A DNA stretch of 64,000 nt from IMG/VR virus record IMGVR_UViG_3300028840_008159, one strand, 5' to 3'. A model generated the notes under the pieces. That model made no database searches and had not been told where the DNA came from. It saw only the letters and a program-made list of their open reading frames with translations. This document shows, piece by piece, positions 1 to 11,090 of the stretch (position 1 is the stretch's first letter; each line of letters starts with the position of its first letter). A program made the translations under genes and the position numbers. This DNA comes from an uncultured virus (IMG/VR IMGVR_UViG_3300028840_008159) (taxonomy: Duplodnaviria; Heunggongvirae; Uroviricota; Caudoviricetes).

Positions 1-843
1 ATGATGACGCCTAAGAACTGGGGGATGGAGGAGACGATCATCAACGAGGGGTATTGCGGTAAGCGCATGCGCCTCAACGTCGGGCATCGGTCCAGCATCC
101 ATCGTCACGCCAAGAAGGACGAGACGTTCTACCTCGAGGAGGGCCTCGTCTGGTTCGAGATCGGGGACGACCCGGAATCGCTCATGGGGACGTGGCTCCA
201 GGAGGGGGACCGCGTCCGGATCGAGCCGGGGAAATGGCATCGTTTCTCTGGGGCCAGGGAGTCCGTCATCTTCGAGTTCTCCACCCACCACGAGGATGCC
301 GACAGCGAAAGGTATACCTCCAGCTCCATGATCCCCCCGGAGGAGTTCAAGGCGCTCTTGAGGAAGCTCGTCGCCGACGCTACCACGGGGCATCTCGACC
401 TCGAGCGCGCGGCCGTGATCTCCCAGCACCTCAAGGACATGGGTAACGTCGTCGGGATGGTCAACGGTTGCTTCGACCTGCTTCATCCAGGTCACGTGGA
501 GCTGATCCGTCAGGCGAAGGAAAGATGCGACGTCCTCTTCGTCGGCATGAACACCGACAAGTCCGTCAAGCAACTGAAGGGCGATGGCCGTCCGTTCGTC
601 CCGGAGGCGGGCCGCATGGTGATGCTGGCCTCGAACCGGTACGTCGACTACGTCGTCCCGGTCGACGAGACGACCTGCGTGATCCTCGTCGAGGCGATCA
701 GGCCGGACGTGTACGTCAAGACGACCGAGCATGGAAATACCGGTCCGGAGGCCAAGGCGGTAATCAAGCTTGGGGGCAAGGTGATCATCGTCGAGATGCT
801 TCCCGGGTACCACACGAGTTCCATCGCGGGGAAATTCGCGTGA
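1..843 (+). CDS. Cupin domain fused to RfaE2/HldE-type cytidylyltransferase-family (ADP-heptose synthase-like) domain; may start upstream of the window
   Basis: N-terminal KNWG..YCGK..SIHRHAKKDETFY..H cupin motif; C-terminal NGCFDLLHPGH (HxGH), GMNTDKSVKQLKGDGRP, YVDYVV. Confidence 0.85.
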   Translation: MMTPKNWGMEETIINEGYCGKRMRLNVGHRSSIHRHAKKDETFYLEEGLVWFEIGDDPESLMGTWLQEGDRVRIEPGKWHRFSGARESVIFEFSTHHEDADSERYTSSSMIPPEEFKALLRKLVADATTGHLDLERAAVISQHLKDMGNVVGMVNGCFDLLHPGHVELIRQAKERCDVLFVGMNTDKSVKQLKGDGRPFVPEAGRMVMLASNRYVDYVVPVDETTCVILVEAIRPDVYVKTTEHGNTGPEAKAVIKLGGKVIIVEMLPGYHTSSIAGKFA

Positions 844-1952
844 ACTACTACAACGACGTCGATCCCTGCGCGTCGGCGTGGCTCCGCGAGCTCGTCGCCG
901 ACGGCCTGATCCCGGACGGGAAGGTCGATGATCGTTCCATCCTCGACGTCCAGCCATCCGACCTGGAGGGCTTCGCGCAATGCCATTTCTTCGCGGGCAT
1001 CGGCGGATGGCCCTTGGCCTTGAAAATGGCCGGATGGCCCGAGGGCGAGCGAGTATGGACCGGCAGTTGCCCGTGCCAGCCGTTCTCCGTGGCCGGCAAG
1101 CACAAGGGGGAGGAGGACGAGCGGCACCTCTGGCCCGAGTTCAGGCGCCTGATAGAGGCGTGCAAGCCGCCGGTCATATTCGGGGAGCAGGTCGCCTCCA
1201 AGGACGGGCGGGAGTGGCTCGCCAACGTCCGCGAGGACATGGAGTCCCTGGGGTACGACGTGGGCGCGGCGGACTTGTGCGCGGCGTCCGTGGGGGCTCC
1301 CCACATGAGGCAAAGGCTTTTCTTCGGAGGTTTGCATGTCGATACAAGCGGCGTTGGAATCGTGCTTGGAGGAGATGCTGTCCGAACGGGCTCCGGAGTA
1401 CAAGTACGAGTGGAAGAGGTGGAGGGTCGACAAGGGACGCTCGATCCCGGCGCTGAGGGCCACTCCTATGAGGGCCGCTCGTCAGGGGTGGCCGACGCCC
1501 AGGACGGTGACGGGCGGCCCGGAAAGCTCAGCGAGGAAGAAGCAGCTCGGAAGGACGAGGAGTGGTGGAGGGGATTTGCAGGCGGCGGCGCTGATAGCGG
1601 GCTGGCCGACGGCCACGACGAGGGACTGGAAGGACAGCGCGGGACAGGCGACGGAGGCGAGGAACCCGGACGGGTCGTTCAGGAGGAGGATCGACACGCT
1701 TCCCAGGGCGGCTGTCCAGATTGGAATGGTCGATGCCGATGGCACCCCTGTCGGGATGGGAAATCCCGCAGGCTACCGGTTAAGCCATCGCTTCAGCCTT
1801 TGGCTAATGGGATATCCGGAAGAATGGGCTTGCTCCGGGGAGCGGGGAATGCTATCGTGCCAGCCGTCGCGGCGCGGTTCGTCAAAGCGTTCGTGAGCGC
1901 CTTGGGGGAAGAGGATGCGACCCGAGAGGCATTCAATAGACCTGAAGCATGA
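840..1952 (+). CDS. DNA (cytosine-5)-methyltransferase, large (alpha) polypeptide
   Basis: GTG start overlapping the upstream TGA; FFAGIGG (motif I), GSCPCQPFS (IV), FGEQV (VI), PHMRQR (VIII), GAGNAIVP (X); no motif IX in this frame. Confidence 0.85.
   Translation: MNYYNDVDPCASAWLRELVADGLIPDGKVDDRSILDVQPSDLEGFAQCHFFAGIGGWPLALKMAGWPEGERVWTGSCPCQPFSVAGKHKGEEDERHLWPEFRRLIEACKPPVIFGEQVASKDGREWLANVREDMESLGYDVGAADLCAASVGAPHMRQRLFFGGLHVDTSGVGIVLGGDAVRTGSGVQVRVEEVEGRQGTLDPGAEGHSYEGRSSGVADAQDGDGRPGKLSEEEAARKDEEWWRGFAGGGADSGLADGHDEGLEGQRGTGDGGEEPGRVVQEEDRHASQGGCPDWNGRCRWHPCRDGKSRRLPVKPSLQPLANGISGRMGLLRGAGNAIVPAVAARFVKAFVSALGEEDATREAFNRPEA
1336..1896 (+). CDS. Nested alternative-frame ORF: probable small (beta) polypeptide of the C5 methyltransferase
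   Basis: Own GGAGG RBS a few nt upstream; GWPTP/GWPTA repeats and RLSHRFSLWLMGYPEEW (motif IX-like). Confidence 0.75.
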   Translation: MSIQAALESCLEEMLSERAPEYKYEWKRWRVDKGRSIPALRATPMRAARQGWPTPRTVTGGPESSARKKQLGRTRSGGGDLQAAALIAGWPTATTRDWKDSAGQATEARNPDGSFRRRIDTLPRAAVQIGMVDADGTPVGMGNPAGYRLSHRFSLWLMGYPEEWACSGERGMLSCQPSRRGSSKRS

Positions 1953-2804
1953 GTTTCAGGCGACGTGGAATCACAGAAAATTTCTTGCGCGTTTCGTCAG
2001 GAATAGCCTCCCCTTGGGGAACATCAGGGAAGTCATGCATTCCCGAGTCGCGAACGACGTTAAAGACCCCGAGATCGAGGCTTGGAACGTGAGATTGCCC
2101 CTCGTGGGGCTGATCGCGATGGAGATGGTCGAGATCGGACCCAGGCTTTAAGGATGAGGCATGAATCCCGCCCATTTGGAGACATTCCTGCGCCGCAAGG
2201 CGTGGGCGGCCGTCTTCAATCCATCGCTCCTGTCCCCGGCGGCATGCAGGGCCATCGGCAGGCATCGCATTGTCAGGGTTCGATTTCTTTTGATGGAGGA
2301 TTCCGCCTACGAGATGGCGCGCGCCCTCGACGAGCTGGACGAGGGGCGCAGGAAGATCGCGGTCGAGAACTACAAGGCCGCGTTGAGGGAATACTCATGA
2401 TGAGGATCGACCAAATACACCCGACCCTGCGGGAGGCGCTCTGCATCTTCTCCTCGCTGAGGAAGCTCGGGTTCCCGTCCGACGACATCTTCGTCATGTT
2501 CAACGCCGGGAAGAACGAACGAGACGTCCTGGTTAGACTCTCGGAGCGTTTCCTGTCGAAGAAGATGCCCGGGACCCCCATATCTTTCCGCGCGGGGTCC
2601 ATCGAAGGGGACCACGACCCCCATTACAAGACGCTCGTCAAGTTCTGCAACCTGCCCGACGAGCTCAGGGAGAGCATCGTCGAGCGGATCATGCCGGAGA
2701 GCAACGTGGCCAATCAGGGCGCGTTGCTCGTCACGGTCCTCATGGACCACGGCGCGTCGCCATGGATCGACAAGCGAAAGGCGAAGGATGCGGAAGCCAA
2801 TTGA
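1915..2804 (+). other. Three hypothetical CDSs (1915-2151, 2161-2400, 2397-2804)
   Basis: Tandem ORFs with purine-rich RBS and ATGA overlap; no motif recognised. Confidence 0.6.
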
Positions 2805-2956
2805 TGACGGCGACGACGGATTCTTCGCCCTCCCATTCACGACGTTGAATGGCAATCTTGGCGTGGCGCTAGGGAACAAGAAACTATGCATCCTACCCGT
2901 CAAGGGGGAGTTGGGTGGAAGTCAAGGCCAGGAAAAGCAGGGCTCAACTCATGTAG

Positions 2957-3823
2957 TCAGAACTTGCAGTTTCGGTCTACCCATCCACGGACGTCTCGAT
3001 TTCCGACCCTCTTGACGAGCCTCAGCATGACCTTGGTGGCCTTATCGATGGCTACGTTCAATGGCTCTCGGTTTGCCTCGCTGTAGGGTATCCCCACGTT
3101 CATGTGAAGCCCTCCGACGCAATCGTCGGGGACGTCGATGGCCGAGTAGCGGCATTGCCAGACGATGGGCATTACCGCTTGGATGGGGTCGTTGCATAGC
3201 GTCTGACAAACCTCGTCATGCCCGTGGAACGTGGATGGCAACGGGGGCCGGTTCCTCGACTCGGAGAACTCCCTGTAGTCGTCGGCGCCGTCGTCTCCAT
3301 GGACGAAGAAGGCGGCCGACTTGCCCTTGAGGTGGTTCCTGAGCAAGGAGTGATACTTGTCGGTCATCTCCATCTTCGAGGTGGCCTTGGAGTTCTTGTC
3401 GAGTCCAAACTTACCGGCCTGCTGAACGGTCAGGCTCAGGTTGGCGCAGACGAGGCGATCAAACAGGGCCTTGACCTGCGTCGGGACGCCGTGCCAATGG
3501 ACCGGGCAGAGGACCATGAAACCGTCGCATCTCTCGATCCTGCGATAGATGTCGAAGTCGTGCATGAAGTCCGGGCGCTCCTCGTCGCCCTTCTTGTAAC
3601 AGTCGCAGGGCCAATGACAGTGAAACCCGTCGGCCGTGGAGACGCAGCCCTTGCATGGCTGGATGATCGGCCGGTCCCTCCTGACCGAGAGGTCGCAGAC
3701 GTCCGTCTCGATGCCTTCCGGCAACGCCCGCAGGCATTCTCGCAGGATGCGGGCGGTCTTGGACGTCTGATCGGGACAGTTGCCCTTGTTGCGGGGGGAG
3801 CCCTGGAGGAACATGATCCTCAT
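2957..3823 (-). CDS. Flavodoxin-family / iron-sulfur flavoprotein-like protein with C-terminal WVDRNCKF tag
   Basis: MRIMFLQGSPR start coupled (ATGA) to the upstream stop; IQPCKGC..CHWPCDC cysteine cluster; PVHWHGVPTQVKALFDRL. Confidence 0.85.
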   Translation of the reverse strand: MRIMFLQGSPRNKGNCPDQTSKTARILRECLRALPEGIETDVCDLSVRRDRPIIQPCKGCVSTADGFHCHWPCDCYKKGDEERPDFMHDFDIYRRIERCDGFMVLCPVHWHGVPTQVKALFDRLVCANLSLTVQQAGKFGLDKNSKATSKMEMTDKYHSLLRNHLKGKSAAFFVHGDDGADDYREFSESRNRPPLPSTFHGHDEVCQTLCNDPIQAVMPIVWQCRYSAIDVPDDCVGGLHMNVGIPYSEANREPLNVAIDKATKVMLRLVKRVGNRDVRGWVDRNCKF

Positions 3824-4149
3824 GTCGAGGCCCACTTGCAGTTGCGTCTGACCCACGCCCTGAGGACGTCCGCGCCCTCCTCGGGCCAGTCCTCGACGTG
3901 TCCTTCCGACTGCCGCTCGGGAAGTTGCTCGACGGGGCCGTGGTACGGGTAGGGTATCCAGCCGATGATCTCGTTGCTGTCCACGAGGTCCTTCTTGCCC
4001 TTGGACGTCGTCACCTGGGCGATCCAGGAGCCGTCGGGGAACACCTTCAGGTCCTCGATCTCGACCCACCTGCCCATGCCCGGGACGGTTATCTTGTTCT
4101 CCCCGCGAGGGGGTATATTGGGCGATGTCCACGCGATCTTTGCGAGCAT
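3820..4149 (-). CDS. Hypothetical protein with C-terminal WVRRNCKWA tag
   Basis: GAGGAG RBS; ORF coupled to the downstream flavoprotein gene. Confidence 0.75.
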   Translation of the reverse strand: MLAKIAWTSPNIPPRGENKITVPGMGRWVEIEDLKVFPDGSWIAQVTTSKGKKDLVDSNEIIGWIPYPYHGPVEQLPERQSEGHVEDWPEEGADVLRAWVRRNCKWAST

Positions 4150-4169
4150 GACGTCTCCTCATGGACATG

Positions 4170-4194
4170 TTAAACGCCGTGGCCGTATGATCCT
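4170..4194 (-). promoter_or_regulatory. Class II motif AGGA-N16-TTTAA
   Basis: Same spacing as five other copies; 20 nt upstream of ATG 4149. Confidence 0.55.
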
Positions 4195-4211
4195 CTTAGG
4201 GGTAAAGAGAC

Positions 4212-4907
4212 ATGCGTGGACAACGGATATTGATCTGCCTGCCGGCCATCTCGAGGTCCATGGCCGGAACGATGGCGGTCTTCAGGAAGGCGCCTTTCGT
4301 GGAGGTCGGGAATTTCGAGTCGACGATCCGGTCCCTTGACTTCCCGTCGGAGATGGACGTGCGTCTGCCCGGGAAGGCGTGGGCCATCAACGTCCCCGGA
4401 TGGGACCTCAAGAAGAGGAGGTTGTCTGGGATCGGCGGCCCCGGCGGCTCGCCCCTTTTTCACCCTCCATCGGCCGCGACGAGGCTTTCCAGGATATGCG
4501 GGGTTTACGATGAGTGGCGCCCGTACCCGGCGCAGCCGCCGCTCAGCAACTACGCCCGCGAGATAGCGACGAGGATCGCCCGCAAGAGGGCCAAGGCGCT
4601 GCGTCTCGTGTCCTCCTCCCTCCCGTGGGACTTCATCCTGGCCTGCGACCACGCCCCCGCCAGCGTCGCCCACCTCGACAAGGGGGAGGCTTGCCGCGTC
4701 GCGTCCGTCATGATCGACTCGGCCTTGGAGGTGGTCGCCGCGTGGCCCGACGCGGCACTCGTGATCCTCGGGCCTTATGGGGTAGGAAACGAGGACGGAT
4801 TCGTCGTATCCAATCGAATGGAGCCGTCGGTTATCGGAAACTGGGAGCAAATAAGACGATATGCCCGTGGAGAATCCATCCGCCCGATTGGGCTTGAGCC
4901 TGCATGA
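4212..4907 (+). CDS. Hypothetical protein, possibly degenerate alkaline-phosphatase/phosphodiesterase superfamily
   Basis: WAINVPG and ALVILGPYG..GFVVSN resemble AlkP-superfamily segments but lack the SDHG metal ligands. Confidence 0.35.
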   Translation: MRGQRILICLPAISRSMAGTMAVFRKAPFVEVGNFESTIRSLDFPSEMDVRLPGKAWAINVPGWDLKKRRLSGIGGPGGSPLFHPPSAATRLSRICGVYDEWRPYPAQPPLSNYAREIATRIARKRAKALRLVSSSLPWDFILACDHAPASVAHLDKGEACRVASVMIDSALEVVAAWPDAALVILGPYGVGNEDGFVVSNRMEPSVIGNWEQIRRYARGESIRPIGLEPA

Positions 4908-5424
4908 CGGGTTGACCGTCATAGGCATGGACCCCTCGTCCTACCGCAATTGCGGGTGGGCGGTCGTCCGCTACGACGGTTCAGGCGTGACGCTGGTCGA
5001 GAAGTTTACCCAGGTGTTCCCCGGCGAGGAGGACGACTGGTCCCGTTACCGGTCCGTGTACGACGAGCTCGCCCGCATGATCAAGGAACACGGGGCGTCC
5101 GTCCTCTGCCTGGAGCGATCCATGGGGGGCGGCCAGATGTTCGTCAGGAACAACCTGAGCGAGACGGTGGGCGTCGCGAAGATGTGCTGCGTCGACTACG
5201 GGGCCAAGGTTTACGAGACGAGCCCGAGCCACCTGAAGAAGGTCGTGGCCGGCCATGGTTCGGCCAAGAAGAAGATCATCAAGGCCAATATCGTGGCGAC
5301 TTTCGGGCTGACGAAGGCCGGGGCAGAGCACGAATGCGACGCGGCGGCGTGCGCCGTGTCCCTGATCATAGACATGGGATGGAAAGGGTATGTCGTAAAG
5401 GTTCCCCAGCCATCCGCGCCGTAA
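4894..5424 (+). CDS. ruvC: RuvC-like Holliday junction resolvase (start approximate)
   Basis: IGMDP..CGWAVV, LCLE, SPSHLKKVVAGHGSAKK, HECDAAACA acidic catalytic pattern. Confidence 0.85.
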   Translation: MSLHDGLTVIGMDPSSYRNCGWAVVRYDGSGVTLVEKFTQVFPGEEDDWSRYRSVYDELARMIKEHGASVLCLERSMGGGQMFVRNNLSETVGVAKMCCVDYGAKVYETSPSHLKKVVAGHGSAKKKIIKANIVATFGLTKAGAEHECDAAACAVSLIIDMGWKGYVVKVPQPSAP

Positions 5425-5455
5425 TCAATATCGACGACCAAGGAGGCGGTTAGTA

Positions 5456-5914
5456 ATGTCGATCATTTACACGATCCAGCACATAGCGAACGACGACCTG
5501 ATCAACGAGGGCCTCAAGCTCGTCATGACGGGCAACGTGGGGTCCGTTTCCGACCAGGTCATCCAAGCGGCCGCCGACGGGCGCGCGATCGTCATAACGG
5601 GTTTCTCCCTGACCACGAACGCTGGGGCTCCCGTCCAGGTCCAGCTCGGGTTTGGTTCCACGTCGACCGGCGCGTTCTTCGACGGGTTCATATCGACCAC
5701 GGCCTGCGTGAACCGCGACTTCGCGGCCGAGTCCAGGATTTACGGGGGGGACTCCGCCGACCTAGTCATAACGTCCACGGGCGTCGTCTACTACACGATC
5801 AACATGCGCCTGACGGGCTACAAGGCGGGTCTCCAGTACGTCGAGTCCGACGGGGCCGACGGCCACGCGGCGCCAAGATTCCCCGAGGCCGACCGGCGAG
5901 TAGGCTTCGAATAA
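5456..5914 (+). CDS. Hypothetical beta-rich protein, possibly virion-associated
   Basis: AAGGAGG RBS; G/S/T/V-rich composition. Confidence 0.55.
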   Translation: MSIIYTIQHIANDDLINEGLKLVMTGNVGSVSDQVIQAAADGRAIVITGFSLTTNAGAPVQVQLGFGSTSTGAFFDGFISTTACVNRDFAAESRIYGGDSADLVITSTGVVYYTINMRLTGYKAGLQYVESDGADGHAAPRFPEADRRVGFE

Positions 5915-5924
5915 GGAGCGCGGG

Positions 5925-6834
5925 ATGTCATTCTCCAAGCTTTCCCCCTTGTTTCGCCAGTCCTTGCGGGAAGTCATCGACAAGATGGCCTCGCAGGAGA
6001 AGGGGGCTTGCGGTTGCGCCTCCCCCTGCATGGGCGACGGCGACGAGAAACGCCGTTCCGTGGACGAGGTGTTGCAGCTCATCAACGACGTGAACTCGCG
6101 CCTCGTCTCGGACTGGCTGTACGCCCTCGACGACGCCTCCCGAGAGGAGGTCAAACGCCTGTTCCTGGAGCTCAGGAACCTGAGCGCGGCCGAGTTCGTC
6201 CTGCTGATGAAGAGCTCGGGAGCCTGTTGCCCATGGGAGTTCATCGGATCCATGTTCGCGACAGAGGATGAGGAGGCGAGTCCTCAGAAGGAAGAAATTG
6301 TGATCGTCGAGGAAACAACTGGTCCGGCGATCTAGGAGAAACAGGATGGACCCGCTAGGCAACGCAGTCCGAGACATGTTGAGGCGCCAACGAGACGACA
6401 TGGTGAGGACGGCATCCTCCCTCGCCGAGGAGTTGAAGTCAGAGGGCATGACGCCCGAGCAGGTCGAGGAGATGTTGTTCGCCAGCGGTTTCGATTCCGG
6501 CGTCGTCTCGGAGGCGATGGACTCGTTTCCCGAGAGAAAATAGCGGAGGCCGCCGATGAGATGGTACATTCGCAAGACGGCCTCCAGACCCCCCGCCTAC
6601 CTCCAGGAAAGATTGTCTGACCTGTCCCGCGTCACGAGGGCTTCCATGACCGAGCCGGGGCACGCTCGCGGGTTGCTCGAGGACGTCATCACGAAGCTCC
6701 GGAAGCATGGGGACGACGAGTACGCGGGACCGCTCGAGGAGGCGGTCAGGCGCGGCCTGGACAACCCCTCCACGATGAGGACGCTGGTCGAGGCCGTCAT
6801 GATGACCATGAAGAGGGACTCGGAGGATGATTGA
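5925..6834 (+). other. Three hypothetical CDSs (5925-6335, 6346-6543, 6556-6834) carrying K/R-x-A-S motifs
   Basis: Each has an RBS; DKMAS, VRTAS and MRWYIRKTAS near the N-termini. Confidence 0.7.
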
Positions 6835-7472
6835 TGGCGGAAAAGAACGAGATTTCCAAGACAGATGACCCGTTGACCAGCATGATCCTGTCGAAGATCG
6901 TCGACGGGTCCATCAAGGTCAAGCGCTGCGTGGTCTGCAACTCGCCGTTCCGCAACGACGCCGAGAAGATGTTCGAGGACGGACAGGCCTTCGCCTCCAT
7001 AGCCGAGTTCCTGGAGGAGAAGGGCGACGACAAGGTGACGGCCCTCCTCGTCAAGCATCACATCGATAATCATTACAAGAACCTCGCGCGCGTCGAGGTC
7101 CTGCTCGACTACGCCGAGAACATGCGGGCCGTCAGGAAGCGACGCCTGGAGCGCCGGGAGCTCCTCCAGAGCACCATCGACATCGGGCTCGTGGAGCTGA
7201 CCCGAGCGATCCCCCTCCCGACCTACGGGGACCTCGGGAGGGAGAAGGAGCGCACCGACCTGATCCTCAGGATCATCAAGAGCATAAGGGAGGGCGAACA
7301 CGCCCTCCGGGAGGTGGACGGGACGGAAGCCGAGATACGGGCGATTCACGAGCGGTTCGTCGCGGTATGGAAGGCCAAGATCGACGGGGCCCAATCACCG
7401 GAGGAGAAGAAGGTGCTTTATGATACCCTCCAGGACTTCCGCCGGTTATTGAACAAGGAGAGCGACGCGTGA
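6834..7472 (+). CDS. Zn-binding (CxxC..HxxxH) helical protein
   Basis: RCVVCNS..KHHIDNH followed by predicted helices. Confidence 0.6.
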   Translation: MAEKNEISKTDDPLTSMILSKIVDGSIKVKRCVVCNSPFRNDAEKMFEDGQAFASIAEFLEEKGDDKVTALLVKHHIDNHYKNLARVEVLLDYAENMRAVRKRRLERRELLQSTIDIGLVELTRAIPLPTYGDLGREKERTDLILRIIKSIREGEHALREVDGTEAEIRAIHERFVAVWKAKIDGAQSPEEKKVLYDTLQDFRRLLNKESDA

Positions 7473-10400
7473 ACAACATCAAGTCCATTCGTTCCTTCCT
7501 TCGCGGCCTCCTCGGCGACAACCCGATCAAGCTGTTCGACCGCCACATGGACGAGTTCGCCTGTTGCGTTAAGACGTGGGCGCTCTCCGACCTGAAGTCC
7601 AGCTCGGAGGACGTCAAGGAGCGTTTCACGAACGTCTCGTACGGCATCCTCAGCGAGGCCGTCAAGCTCTTCCTCTCCGAGAAGTACTCCAAGGAGGACG
7701 GCAGCCTGAGCGTCGAGATCACCGAGTCAGAGATATACGACGAGGGCCATCACCGCATCCCCGCCATCGTCGCCCTCCGCGAGAGGCAGGAGGAGATCAT
7801 CGAGTTCATGGTTCGGAACGCCATGAGGGACTTCGAGGCCGGGCGCAGGCTCGCCAAGGTCATCGTGGCCCGAGCCCGCAAGTTCGAGTCCGACAAGATG
7901 GACGGCGCTCGTCCTCCGGCGAGGAGCCGGATTCCGGCCGAGGCCATCGAGGTCGAGATCATGAGGCTCGAGAAGCGTCTCAGCGAGCTTACCCCCGAGG
8001 AGGGGCGTCGCTTGTCTGGGCTATACGAGGTGCTTGGCGCATGCGTTGGGAGCTTGTAAAGGCCGCGTGGGGGCTCGCCGTCGAGGCGTTCCCCGACAAG
8101 CGCGTCTACGTCGCCGCCCCGGCGAGGATCGCCCCGGCGGGCCGCATGAAGGTGATCGACCTGGCCGACGGCGAGAAGGCCGGCGAGATCGACTACAAGG
8201 TGGATCGTTCCGGGCGGATGGTCCTGAAGGCGGGCGACAAGTCGAGGGAGCTCTCCCTGCCGAGGCTCTCCAGTCATTCGTACCGAGTCAGGAAAGAGCC
8301 GCGCTCCCCCGACGAGATTCAGCACGGGATGGCCAAGGCGGCGTCCAGCGCGAGGAAGAGGTTCAAGCCGTACGAGAAGTGCAGGATCGTGGACCGCCGG
8401 TCCATGGAGTTCGGGGAGCTCGGCCAAGTCCTGTCGTCCGCCAGCCGCGAGGGGAGGAGGTTCTATCTCGTCTCCGTGGACGGCTCAGGAACCCCGATGT
8501 GGTTCGCGGAGGAGTCCCTCGCCCCCAACATGGTCGGGGCCGTTATCTACAGGCCCTAAGGAGCAATTCGTGCCCGTCATCCCCAAGATCAAGGTCAACC
8601 CCAGGAAGGCCATCCTGGCCGCCAAGCAACAAGCCCAGGCGAGGCTTAGGAGGCTGGCTGTACGGGAGGAGCCGGAGCGGTTATTCGAGGACATCATCAA
8701 GGACATGCCGTCCCCGAGGGCCGTCATCAACATGTCGGAGCACGATCTCAAGGCTTTCCTGTCCGGTGGCAAGACGGGACGCTCGATGCCGCCATGGCCC
8801 GAGGATCGTCTCGGGGCGTTCGAACGGGAGATCGGCGCGGAGCCCTGGCACGTGTCTCTTGACCAGTCGGGGGTGGGCGAGAGGACGCTAGGGGCTTATT
8901 CCCTTTCCCTGGCCTCGTTGCCGGAGGACGCGTTCTGCATGATCGGCGACGTCGGAAGGCTCTTCGACCCCGAACGCGATGATTACACGAGGAACATAGA
9001 GGAGGTCGTTTGCGCCGCTTCCGGGGCCGGCGTGGCCATGGCATACGCGATGGTCTCCGGGATGGCCACGGCGGACGCCGCCTCGTCGCCTTCCTCCGTC
9101 CTGTCGTTGGCTCGCGAGAATCCCGCTCGGACCAAATGCCGGGCTTTCCTGACGAAGCCCCCGCGCCCCGAGGACGTCTCCGTCATCGTCGCCTCGGACG
9201 AGGACGGCGCGACGAAGGCCAGGGCGTTGCTCGAGTCGATCGGGAAGGCGGTCCCCGTCGCGGTGTTCCCGGGGAGGCTTCCCGTTCGCGAGGTTGAGAG
9301 GGAGTCGGCCGGATCGCTCCCCGTCGTCGCGGAGTTGAGGTACTTCGAGCCCGGCGACCGCGTCAGGACGAAGTTGACGGCGTCGATCCCGTCACGAAAG
9401 GGCGTCATTTCGGACGCCGCCGCGAACAGGGTCGTCGTGGAATGGGACGACGCCGAAGAGAGGACCGCGATGGACCTCGTCGAGGCCATGGCGTCGCTAA
9501 TGTGGGAACCTAGGGAGGAGCCCCCTTCTCCGGTAGTATACTCGCTGCCGGGCATGGACGAGGAGACGTGCTCCGTCCTGGCGTCGGCGGGGGTAGATCC
9601 CGTCGACCTGTACGCCCTGGCCTCCCATCACGCCCCCTCCTCGCCGTACTCGGAGGGCTGGCAGGATTCCCTCATCGAGGCTTTGTCGTCGATGGGGGTC
9701 GACGCGGTGGTCGTCGATGGGCACGCCCTGAGGGACGGGAAGTTCGGGAAATCGAAGTGGATCGAGGGGCGCGTTGGCGGCAACCGGCTCGTCGTTGATC
9801 TCGGGCCGGGACGCCTTGAGATCAGGGCCGGGAATCCTTGGACTCACGTCGCGGGCTCCTCCTTCTCCGTATAATCGAGGGGAGGAGCTGACCAATGAAA
9901 TTGATGGAGTTTGCCCTACAGAACGCGGAGCTCATCCAAAAGCTCTTCTCGGACGAGAACGACGGCGAGATGGTCGTCTCGATCGATGACTTTTGCTTCA
10001 ATTCCAGCGACCTGGAGGTGGAGTGGGAGGAGACGGCCCTCAAGTTCTCGGTGGAGGTCGACCCGTTCAAGTTCGTGACGACCATGATGCCAGAGGAGAT
10101 GAAGGAGAACGTCGACAGCATCAAGTCGATCAGCGACCCCAACGTGCGACAGAAGATCGTCGAGTTCATGGAGACCGAGATCAAGGAAACGGTCGAGGGC
10201 GAGAAGGACATGGCCGTCGACAACCTGGAGGAAGCCAAGGGGGCGCTGAGGGAGGCGGAGGAGACGATGAACAACGTGCTGGACGCCATCTCCGACGTCA
10301 AGCATGACTGGGGGGTTCCATGAGCCTGTGGTCCTACGTCGGGATCGATCAATCCGAGAAGGCGGTCAAGGGAAAGGTTCACGCCGACGACGAGGAGTCG

Positions 10401-10760
10401 GCCAAGAAGCGCGTCGCCGACCTCGGAATCAGGTGTCAATCCGTCAAGGAAGTCGGGGCGATCCCGAAGGAGACGACGACCGCCGAGCAGGACTTGGCGG
10501 CCGAGCGGACGGTGGCGTCGATGAACCAGGCCGTGAAGTCCTTCCAGGAAACGTCCCAGATGGGGGTCGGCCCCAAGGAGGCGCCGAAACCCAAGGAAAA
10601 CAAGCCAAGGCAATACGTGCTGTACGGGAACGGGACGCAGGTTCAATCCCAGGCCGAGCCGTTCCTGGTAGCGGGAGGCCGCGTGATACACGCCAAGATG
10701 TGCCCGGACGGGACGGGGCGGCCGCAAGTCCTGCTGGTCATCGAGGAGGAGAACTCGTGA
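7469..10760 (+). other. Hypothetical CDSs 7469-8059, 8041-8559, 8570-9874, 9895-10323, 10320-10760
   Basis: Tandem coupled ORFs with RBSs; SH3-like segments (FKPYEKCRI, FEPGDRVR..VVVEWD) in two of them. Confidence 0.65.
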
Positions 10761-11044
10761 GAAAGATAGCCTTGATCATCGTGGTAGGCGCTTGTTTGGC
10801 TTGCGCTAGCTGCCAGAAGCACAATGTAGCGCGAAACCATAATGGCTACGCGAACAAGTATCGGAAAGAGATGGACGAGGGGAGGACGACCCCCGAGCAG
10901 GACAAGCGCTTCATCAGGGCCAACGCGAACCAAGCCTACGAGTTGGACCGGGCCGTCCGGGGGAAGAAAAAGGCCGATGCGACGCGCGCCGCCGCTCTGT
11001 ACTATGACGGCGACGAGGGCGTCTTCGACCTCGATAACGAATGA
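10757..11044 (+). CDS. Predicted lipoprotein
   Basis: GTG start after GAGGAG; MRKIALIIVVGACLACASC signal peptide and lipobox-like Cys. Confidence 0.65.
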   Translation: MRKIALIIVVGACLACASCQKHNVARNHNGYANKYRKEMDEGRTTPEQDKRFIRANANQAYELDRAVRGKKKADATRAAALYYDGDEGVFDLDNE

Positions 11045-11090
11045 GCAAGACGAGACACGACGGGGACCTGGCCGACGCTATGGTCGCGCG

